Origin: Octopus bimaculoides
Taxonomy: Eukaryota
Reading direction: 5' to 3'
Assembly (NCBI RefSeq): GCF_001194135.2
Contig: NC_068987.1
Location: forward strand, 45,444,755 to 45,490,398
DNA: 45,644 nucleotides
Shown here: one piece after another, positions 36,250-45,644 of the stretch
Position numbering within the stretch: the first letter of the stretch is position 1
How the letters are laid out: each line of letters opens with the position of its first letter
The notes under the pieces: generated by a model
The model's input: the letters and a program-made list of their open reading frames with translations, nothing else
What the model was told of the DNA's origin: nothing
The model's database searches: none
Made by a program: the position numbers and the translations under genes

Positions 36250-37400
36250 AATTGCTAAGTGATGGGGATATAAACACAGCAACACTGGTTGCCAAACGGT
36301 GGTGGGGGACAAACAGACACATACACAATGAGCTTCTTACAGTTTCCATCTACCAAATCCACTCTTGAGAATTTGGTTGGCCTGAGGCTGCAGTAGAAAT
36401 CACATGCCCATGGTTGCCACTCAGTGGGACTGAACATGGAACCATGTGGTTGGGAAGCAAACTTCTTACCATACAGCCATGCATGTATCTGTTCAAGCTT
36501 TTTATATTCTGAGTTGAAATTTTGCCAAGTTCAACTTTATCTTTTGTGCTTTTGGAGGTCGATAAAATAAAGTACCAGTCAAGTACTGACGTTGATGTAA
36601 TTAACTAAATCCACTTCCCTAAAAATTGCTGGCCTTCCCCAGTCATAGATCATTGTTTGACTCTTTATGTTGAGTTCAAATTCCACCAAGCTAAACTTTT
36701 ATCCTTTCAGGGTTGATTAAATAAATTACCAAGTACTGAAGTCAATAGTATTAACTAATTCTCTTCCTCCTGAAATTGCTGGTCTTGTGCCAAAATTTGA
36801 ATCACTATCGTTGTTATTGTTGCTATTAAGGCAGTGAGCTGGCAGAATCCTTAGCACATGGAGCATTTTGTTCATCTGTTCTGTGCTCAAAATTCCACCA
36901 AGATCAACTTTGCTTTTCCTCCTTTCAGGATTGATGGAATATGTACTTGTTGAGCACTGGGTTGGTGTAATTGACTTACTCTCTTCCACAAAATTTCAGG
37001 CCTCATGCCTATAATAGAAAGGATTATTATTGTTGTTGTTATTATTTCAAATTTTGGCATTAGGCCAACAATTTGACAGGGTTAGTTGATTACATTGACC
37101 CCAGTACTTGACTGGTACTTTTACTAACCCTGAAAGGATGTAAGGTAATGTTGAGCTTGGAATGTAAGATGAAATGCTTCTAAGCATTTTGTCCAATGCT
37201 CCAACAACTCTTCTAGCTTAAATGGTATCCAGAAAGGACACAAAGCCACAAATTTGGGGTGAGAATATATTCAATTATATCAACTTGATTGGTACTTATC
37301 TTAAAGATAAAAGCTAGTGTTAACCACTAGTGGGATTTAAGCTCAGAACACATGTACATTATTAAATACCACAAAATATTTGTCCAGTATAGTACTGATT
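36250..37400. mobile_element. SINE cluster filling intron 11 (family A -, three family B +, two family B -)
   Basis: Family B + copies at about 36490, 36660 and 36830; - copies at about 37045-37200 and 37230-37400. Confidence 0.7.
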
Positions 37401-37470
37401 GTACTGATGTACCTTATGACCTTTGCAACAACAACAACTCTTAATTAAATCTATTTTTTTTTTATTACAG

Positions 37471-37623
37471 TGTCCTTCACCTCATGACCCACAAGAAATT
37501 GCTGCCAGTATGAAGGCGTTGGCAGAAAGTCTACGGAAAGACGAAGGTTTCATTTTTGGCGATCTGCCTCGCCCACGGCTGAACACAGGTGATATTGCTA
37601 TTACCAGGCCCACACATTTTTAG
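37471..37623 (+). CDS. AKT1S1: PRAS40 coding exon 12, terminal (CPSPHDPQEIAASMKALAESLRKDEGFIFGDLPRPRLNTGDIAITRPTHF*)
   Basis: Acceptor ttttattacag|; PRAS40 C-terminal signature with Akt-type RxRxxT; stop TAG at 37621-37623. Confidence 0.93.
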   Translation, partial: CPSPHDPQEIAASMKALAESLRKDEGFIFGDLPRPRLNTGDIAITRPTHF

Positions 37624-37650
37624 TAGCATTTGGATTTAAATTATATAAAA

Positions 37651-37656
37651 AATAAA
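37651..37656 (+). terminator. Candidate polyadenylation signal AATAAA (another at 37994-37999)
   Basis: Hexamer 28 nt after the stop in an A-rich 3' UTR; the real cleavage site is unknown. Confidence 0.35.
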
Positions 37657-38439
37657 GAAAAGACAAAAAAAAAACCCAGTTAATAAAAAAAAGCTATAAA
37701 AAAATTGTTACAGTTCCCACCACCAGCCTCCACTACCCCACTATCTGCAACAGCAACAAAAGTTACCATAGCAACAACACCAATATAAACTGTTTATGTT
37801 AAACAACACTCCTTCCCGCTCCTTGACCCATTCCCCCTTCCCCTATTATCCTTCACTTTCTCACTTGAAATAATTGCTGAAGACAATTTTTTTTTTGTTT
37901 TTATTTTTTTTAAATACATTTTTTTTTCTGAAAGTGTTTACCTCTATACCAACGATTTTATGATGATGAAGATGATGATGGAAGAAAGACAAAAATAAAA
38001 AAAACACTGACAAAGTTATAAAAATTGTTGAGTTTTTGTTTTATTTTTGTGTGTGTATATACATTGTATGTATATGAATATGTGTGGTTATGTAATTATG
38101 TATATGTATTTATTTTCTGATTTTGGGTGTATGGTATGATTTAAAGAAATGTATAAGTGTAAGTGTCATCATGTATACATGTGTGGATTTTCAGTTAGTG
38201 ATTTCTGGGTTTTTGCATGAATTAACTTGTACCTTAAGGGCACACTCCGACACCTCACTTCCATCTTTCTCTCTTTCCTGCTGGGGTACCTGTGTATTTC
38301 CTCTGCTGCAAGACATCTTTTCCTGTCCCACTACCATACTTTAGCCTCTCAACACATAGCACAAAGCTACTGCCCTCAATACTGCAACCCCACTCAATAG
38401 AGGGGTCTTGTTTTGCAAGTTACTTGGTGACCTTGCTAG

Positions 38440-38615
38440 TGTCAAGTCCAGGAAAAAAAACACTCTCTAAAGTAGTTGGTATTAGTAAGGGGCTGTAGAA
38501 ACCATGCCAAAGTAGACATTGGAAGTTGCTTTGCAGTCTTCTGGTTAATTAGATCTTGTGGAACCATCCAACTCATTCCAGCATGGAATATGGATGTTAA
38601 ATAATGATGATGAAG
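38440..38615 (+). mobile_element. RTE tail copy (older)
   Basis: GTAGAAACCATGCCAAAG...CCAGCATGGAATATGGATGTTAAATAATGATGATG. Confidence 0.7.
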
Positions 38616-38844
38616 GGTTGTGTGTATTTTAGGGATATGGATACAAATGAATTTGACAATAACAGTAAGGAAGCAAAGCAATAAAGTGAACAGTTGCTGT
38701 GACCAAAGTAAATAAAAAGAAGTGAGAGAATAAAAGTAATTTTTCAGCATGTTCTTAGTATATACCAGTTACTTTTAATGTCTACTTTTCCATGCTTGCA
38801 TGATTCAGACAAAATTTGTTGCTGCAACTACCTTCATCTGATTG

Positions 38845-38845
38845 C

Positions 38846-38877
<32 letters not shown>

Positions 38878-39320
38878 GTTTAACGTCCACCTTCCATGCT
38901 AGCATGGGTTGGACGATTTGACTGAGGACTGATGAACCGGATGGCTACACCAGGCTCCAATCTGATTTGGCAGAGTTTCTACAGCTGGATGCCCTTCCTA
39001 ACGCCAACCACTCCGAGAGTGTAGTGGGTGTTTTTACGTGCCACCGGCACGAAGGCCAGTCAGGCAGTACTGGCAACGGCCATGTTCAAAATGGTGGATT
39101 TTACGTGCCACCTGCACAGGAGCCAGTCCAGCAGCACTGGCAATGATCTTGCTTGAATGTTTTTTCACGTGCCAGTAAAGCTACACTGGTAACGATCACG
39201 CTCAAATGGTGTTATTTATGTGCCACTGGCACGGAAGCCAGACAGCTGCTCTGGCAATGATCACACTTGGATGGTGCTCTTAGCGCTCCACTGGTACAAG
39301 TGCCTTCATGATTTCAATTT
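38845..39320 (-). mobile_element. Young RTE 3' UTR/tail copy
   Basis: (CAT)n followed by the reverse complement of the 32660-32960 sequence. Confidence 0.8.
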
Positions 39321-39399
39321 TCCTTGCCCCCAAAAGTAATATTCTTCATGGCTGGATATATTTTCAAGGAAGATTGCAAAAGAAAGACACTGCTTGTAT

Positions 39400-39950
39400 G
39401 ATGGTAATGTAGTTTGGATTTGTGCCTAGCTGTAGTACAACTGATGGTCTTTTCATAATATAATTGCAAAAGGAATTTTTAGCTGAGAATAAGCCTCTCC
39501 ACCTAGCATTTGTTGATCTGGAGATGACCTTTGATAGGGAACCATAATCTGTAGTTTTGCAGTCTTTAAGAAAACTAGAGGACAAGCTTATGGGAGCAGT
39601 ACAAGCCAAGTACAGAGATGTTGTCAGTAAGATGAAAGTTAGCAATGTATTCATCAAGGCTTCATTATCATCATCACACTCCTATTTATTGTATTCTTCC
39701 AAGCCCTAATAGAAGTGTTTTAAGACTGGTTTCCCATGCGAAGTCCTATATGCTGGTAACTTGGTACTTTTAGAGCCTGTAAAAGACTTAGAAGAAATCT
39801 GATATGGAGACGAAACCTAAAATCGTGATGTCTCAGCATAAACTTAGCAAAGATTAGAGTTTTAGTAAGTGCAAAAAAGGAGTAGCTAAGAACTCCATAC
39901 ATTGTACAGGATGTGAACAATGGAGAAAGAAGGGACAGCAAGCTGTTATT
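39400..39950 (+). mobile_element. RTE RT relic (copy 1)
   Basis: M*FGFVPSCSTTDGLF...HLAFVDLEMTFDR...TGFPCEVLYAGNLV. Confidence 0.75.
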
Positions 39951-40269
39951 ACAAAGGGATACTAAATTGTTGGAAGAATTTACTAGATCTGTTTCTTTCC
40001 TGCCTTTGATGATAGAGAAAATATCTTTTAAAAGTAAATAAAATTTACAGAATGAAATGATAACTTTCTCCTATATGTCTGTCTGTCAAAATATTTAACC
40101 CACAGTTGTTAGTCTGACAAAATATATTCTGTTTTACTGGACTAATGATTATAGATTAAAGACTTTTATTAATTTTCAGACTATCTTTGAGTGTTTTGTT
40201 TTAAGTGATCAGACAGCTTCCTTTTGAACTTGTTACCCTTGGGAATGTTTGTCTATCTGTCTGTCTGTC

Positions 40270-41400
40270 TGTTAGATAAAGCAACTAAGGATAGGAAGAC
40301 AGGAAGGCCCCTGGTCCATCAGGAATTAATGCTAAAATGCTTAAATTATCTGGTGGAGTGAGATATGGACTAGTCACCCATATAGTTAATCAGATAGTAC
40401 AGGAAGGTGTCAGCATAAAGAAAATACTTTAAAGAAAATAGTCATCCATAACAGAGTTTAAGAAGGCTTCCCTGTAGGAACTCTGTACTGATGACTTTGT
40501 TCTTATAGCTGAAAATGTAGTAGCATTAGAAAAGAAATTCCATGTGTAGAAGCAAAATCTGGAATCAAAGGACCTTAAAGCTAACCTAGCAAAAATCAAA
40601 GTTCTAATAAGAAGAAAACAAGCAGCTGATCCCTTCAGGAAAATGACCCTGTTCAATATGCAGAAAAGGTGTGGGTAGAAATTTCATACAGTGGAGCCTG
40701 TGTAAATTATGGTCACACAAAAGATACAGTGGAATCACAAGAAGGTTAACAGAGAAAGTAAACCACATGTGACTGATGCACAGGAGCATTATACTATAAC
40801 AATACTAAGGAAATAAATTTTCTTTAATGCCCAGAAAGATCCTTAGAGGTAGTAGATAGTGTCTGTTATCTAGGTGACCTAATTAGCTGGGGAGGAGGAT
40901 GCTCTGAAAGCATAATTGCTAGAAAAACCGACTGGAGAAAGTTCAGAAAGCTATTTTCTCTGTTGGTTTCAAAAGGCCTCTCTCAGAGTGAAAGTGTATG
41001 ATGCTTGTGTGCAAACAGCCATGCTACATTGAAGTGAAGCATGAGCTGTGAAGGCAAGAAAGAAATGATGCTAGCATACTCCACTGGATATGCAATGTTA
41101 GTGTGCACATATGACAAAGTGCAGATATGTTGAGAGGAAAATTGTGTATATGAGGCATGAGAGGAGACTACACTTGTTAGTGTGGTCATGTGATGCATTT
41201 GGATGAAGACAGTTGCATAAGGAAGTGCTGACCGGAATCTGAAAAGAGGAAGATCCAGGTAGACATGGGCTGAAGTAGTGAAAAAATGATCTTGGGACAT
41301 TGAGCTTCATGGAGGAGGCAACAAAGGACTGAGATAACTGGTGATTTGCTGTGTTTCTGAAGACATCCATTTCAGTAAAAATGAAGCATGTCATTTATGT
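40270..41400 (+). mobile_element. RTE RT relic (copy 2, internally deleted)
   Basis: K..PGPSGINAKMLKLSGG joined to ..TDDFVLIAENVVALEKKF.. and the C-terminal LYDACVQTAML region. Confidence 0.75.
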
Positions 41401-43642
41401 CTATGTCCTTGCACCAATCTATCTCTGACGAATCTCTTTCTAATAACTCATTTTCCTAACACCCTCCTCTCCATCATTCTTCTGACTATGGTTACTATTG
41501 CCTCAGCCGCTGTAATTGTTTGATAGCAGAACTAAACCTATTTCATCTCAGCTTCCTTTTTGTGTTAACATTTACCCTCCCTGGGACTATTTCCTTTGTA
41601 TCCTGCATTCTCAGTATCCTCCCTTTATCACCTTATTTTCCACTTAACACCCCTTTCACTTCACCTTTTTCCCCTGTATGTCCTCATCTCATCTCATTCC
41701 TGGTACTGTGCATCTCTCTAGCACCCCTCCCCTCAACACTTCACATCATCTGTGCTACCACCTGTTCCTCTCTGAGCCACTCCTACCACTGATATTCACC
41801 AGTGATCGTGCATTACCTGTAACCATTCACTGCATTCACCTCTATCCCCATCTCTATTCATGGGCTACTCTCCTTTTACACTTCCACGAACATACTTGAC
41901 CATTCACCCTAGCCACTCTTTTGGGTCATTTACCATATTTCTTTTCTTTTCTTTCATTCTTTTACTTGTTTCAGCCATTTGACTGTGTCCATGCTGGAGC
42001 ACTGCCTTAAAGGGTTTTATTTGAAGAAATCGACCCCAGGACGTATTCTTTTTAAGCCTATTACTTATTCTATTGGTCACTTTTTCCAAACCACTAAGTT
42101 ACGGGGACATAAACACACCAGCATCAGTTGTCAAGTGATGGTGGCCAGGAGGGGGGGAGGGGCAAACACAGACACACACATAAATATATACATATACTCA
42201 CACACACACATATACAACAGTCTTCTTTCAGTTTCTGTCTACCAAATCCACTCACAAGGATTTTGGTCAGCCCGAGGCTATAGTATAGTTATCTTCCTGT
42301 AATTTGAGATATGCTCTGACATCATCTTCTCTCCTCTTCCAACTGGGATAGCCATTTATTTCTCTACAGCAAGACTCCTGTTTCTGTCCCTCTCAATACC
42401 ACACATTACATTCAATGCTGCATTGTGCATGTCCAGTTAATTAATTCCAGCTTGACCAAGATATGTGCACCTCAGCAAATGTACTATTTGCTCTTCAAAT
42501 ATACAAGATCAGCTACTCATACAGGACAGAATAATTGGTTCAGTATTCATAGCTGATGAAGTGTAATGACGCAGAAACATAAGCCCTACAACCTGATGAT
42601 GTCATTCATAGTCCAATGATGCATTTTCACACATGTTGTCTATGCTTAGCAGCATTTTGTCCATCTTTATGTTCTGGGTTCAAATGCTGCTGGGATTGAC
42701 TTTACCTTTCATCCTTTTGGGGTCGATAAAATAAGTAGCAGTTGAGCACTGGAGTTGATGTAATCAACTAGCCCACTTCCTTTGAACTTGCTAGTCTTGT
42801 GCCAAAATTTAAAACCATTATTAGTCTGGTGTTTAGAATATTAACATGAAATTTTGATGGAAGGGACTTTAAAAGGGGAGGTTTGTATCAGATGGGTTGG
42901 TATCAAAAGATTAAATATGTCACTATTCAATATTTATCTCATATTATCTCTGGCTATATAACTTTGGTACCTTTTAAGCCAACAAGAGAGCCTCTACTTA
43001 GACACCAGACTTTCTAGAAATAGCTGTGAAATCTCCTTCATCTCATACCCTAGTGTTGTAAAAAAACAAAGGACAGAATGGAAGCTGATCCAGTTCTAGG
43101 TATTCTAAAGGTCTTCTTTAGGTGTACAGGCTCTTGGAGTAGGAACTTAATTGGATTTTCAGTGTTTATGCAATTGAGAGCACAAGATACCCCACCTCCT
43201 GATGGCATGCCAGTCCAGCACAGGGTTGACTTCTACCCTATAACAGCTGCTGGTACTTATTTTCAACTGAGTGAACTAAAACATCATGAAATGAAGTTAT
43301 CATTTCAAATAAAACATACTTTCACTCACTCACAAATGATGTTTTTTTCTTACAAACCTCATTCTATTGACACTATCTTGAGGTATAATGCTCACACACA
43401 CACGTATTTATATGTGTATTCTTTCTTTTTATTTGTTTCAGTCGTTGGACAGTGGTCATGCTGGAGCACTGCCTTGAAGGGTTGCTCAAACAAATTGGCC
43501 CCAGTACTTACTTTTCATTTTTTAAACCTGATACTTTTATATTACCTCTTTTGCAGAGTGCTAAGTTACAGGGGTATAAACAAACCAACACCAGTGGTGT
43601 GACGGGAAAACACAAACAAGACAACACCCACAGATATATACA

Positions 43643-43645
<3 letters not shown>

Positions 43646-43709
<64 letters not shown>
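43646..43709. repeat. (AT)32 microsatellite
   Basis: Perfect AT run. Confidence 0.97.
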
Positions 43710-43713
<4 letters not shown>

Positions 43714-44069
43714 TTGTGTACAACAACTCTACTACTACTGACTTCCTACAATGACTGACTGTCTGACTTTATAGTGGCTGTTCATACCACTTTGTCACGT
43801 GGGATGGGGAGTACCATTTTCACTACAGCAGTATGTATGCATAATTAAATTAGGCAGCGATATATCACCAGAAAGGAAGACTATAATTGTGGTTAACTAT
43901 GAAAGATGGTGTTAGAACACCTACAATGCTAGAAATAAGAGCTAAAGTGCTCTGATGCTGCAGTGAATGCACACGGTTGTATATTACATACTGACAACAA
44001 CAAGAAAGGTTCCGTTAGGGCCTTTGAAACATTAAGTAGCACCAAATCTGAATCAAACTATTTTGAATA

Positions 44070-44112
<43 letters not shown>

Positions 44113-44389
44113 ACAGATATCATACCATACCATGTCAAAGAAGGAAGGGTACGTTGGAAAATGATCTACTTCTGATGTTCTAGCCTATGAAACACCCCCA
44201 CCAAAATGAGGAGATGGCAATAGCTGGTATACTTGATCCTAAGTCTCTTTAATCAGGACTGACTCCAGGTTAAACACGCTGGAAACGTAATCCTTCAGCA
44301 TTCAGATTATTCAGTCAAATGTGATGTTTATGTATTTACATTACTGTGAATAAATCTTAAAGCTACAAGATTTAGATGTGATTATTCAT

Positions 44390-44700
44390 TTTCACAATGA
44401 CAGTGAAGGGAAGGTGTGAGAGATTAAATCTGGCCAGTTTGAGCATAAAACAGGTAGGATTCTTGGGTCAGATATGGATGGTTTGATTGCTAAAGAGTTA
44501 TTAACCCTTTTGTTAACATATTTCTGTTTTAATACAGTTGCGATGTTTCAATTCCTTTTGAAATTACAGAAAAATTTAGTAAAAACATCTTTGTCATTAT
44601 TAAGCTTCTGTTCGGAATATAAATTAACATGGAATTTTAATGGTGGGTTTTAATTTATATAATTTTAAAACATGGATTTTGCATTATAAAACCAGCGCCA
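44390..44700. mobile_element. Adjacent MITE remnants: family M1 (-) next to family M2 (+) at TTAA 44501
   Basis: ...GATTGCTAAAGAGTTA|TTAACCCTTTTGTTAACATATTTCTG. Confidence 0.5.
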
Positions 44701-45419
44701 AAATTTCAGGCCTTGTGCCTTTAGTAGAAAGGATTATTTTATTAAGCTAAGTTTATATTTCTTTTGTTTCAAGTCACAGTCTTCTCTTATTTGATGTAAA
44801 TTTAAGGGCAATTGTCTTGAGGGTAGAGAGCCAAATATAGAATTATAATAAAGATGTTCAGAAGTTGATTCTATTTAGGATAGAATATTTTTTTAGCTCT
44901 CTATTGTGGTGAGAGAATTATGACAAATTAATTAAATCTAGTCTGTATTTTGGATTCTAGTGGCCCTGTTAACTAAGATAGGGTTGATTTCTTTAACATT
45001 CCGTGAGAACTTTTCACTAAAATAAAATTTAATAAAGTTAACTTCTATATGGTTTATTGTAAGTGCTAGAAATATATTTACTGAATAAAATTTGATTTAA
45101 TGGATTTAATTCTAATCGTTATAATTTCCCCTTTTTAATTTTGATTTCAAATTTTGATACAAGGCAACAATTTTGTGGGAAGGGTAAGTTAATTTTATCG
45201 ACCCCAGTATTCAACTGTTACTTATTTTATTGATACCAAAAGGGATGAAAGACAAAGTCAACCTCAACAGAATTTTCCATTTTTTCACTTTAATCACTAT
45301 TACTATCATACTTTAACCTCCCATCATTCAATCATACTTCAGTCTTTCAACAACTAGCACAAAGTTACCTCCCTCATTTTTATTTCCTTCTCAGTTCAGG
45401 GGTCTTGCTTTGTAACTTA

Positions 45420-45580
45420 CATGGAGACCTTACTGATGCTGGTGCTGTGTAAAAAGCACTCAGCATACTCTGTAAAATGGTTGATATTAAGAAAGGCATC
45501 CAGTTGTAGAAACCATGCCAGCATAGAAAATGTTTGTCAAATGGTCATGATGATGATGATGATGATGATGATGATATATA
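45420..45580 (+). mobile_element. RTE tail copy ending in (GAT)n
   Basis: GGCATCCAGTTGTAGAAACCATGCCAGCAT...GATGATGATG. Confidence 0.65.
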
Positions 45581-45644
45581 TATATATATATATATATAAA
45601 CATACACACACACACACACATATATGTGGCACGTAAAAAGCACC

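Larger units (their letters stand above)
7048..37623 (+). other. AKT1S1: 12-coding-exon gene model, PRAS40/AKT1S1 (Lobe-like), 388 aa
   Basis: Coding exon lengths 82+74+141+103+103+78+68+56+82+75+152+153=1167 nt. All introns are GT-AG with matching phases and there is no internal stop. C-terminal IAASMKALAESLRKDEGFIFGDLPRPRLNTGD resembles human PRAS40 IAASMRAL...FGDLPRPRLNTSD (recalled). Confidence 0.9.

Noticed and set aside
37621-37626. Tandem TAG TAG stop
   Set aside because: A common chance feature in AT-rich UTRs; no evidence for readthrough.
43078-43754. 174-aa and 100-aa ORFs suggesting a second gene
   Set aside because: Composed of repeat fragments and (TA)n; no recognisable domain or exon chain.

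Overview
AT-rich, intron-rich metazoan genomic DNA, most likely an octopus (inferred from recalled repeat families, not from a database search). The window holds one complete 12-coding-exon gene on the + strand (ATG 7051 to TAG 37623). I assembled it by eye from GT-AG junctions whose phases all join into a 1167-nt ORF (388 aa). It encodes a PRAS40/AKT1S1 (Drosophila Lobe-like) mTORC1 regulator, with the C-terminal IAASMKAL...FGDLPRPRLNT signature plus an N-terminal Cys-motif domain and a predicted coiled coil. The rest is densely filled with transposon relics: RTE LINEs and their (GAT)n tails, tRNA-derived SINEs, TTAA-flanked MITEs, a Helentron-type element, a Tc1 relic, a CR1-like relic and a Penelope GIY-YIG relic, along with microsatellites and one 328-N gap. 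The most striking object is in intron 10. It is a 531-bp palindromic element (33094-33624) flanked by a perfect 12-bp target-site duplication. Each arm has a tRNA-like Pol III head, an (AAT)n spacer and a Penelope-type minimal hammerhead ribozyme motif. It is a candidate SINE-like, ribozyme-bearing non-autonomous element mobilised by Penelope machinery, and it lies about 1.4 kb from a Penelope endonuclease relic. Repeat boundaries are approximate unless a junction is quoted.
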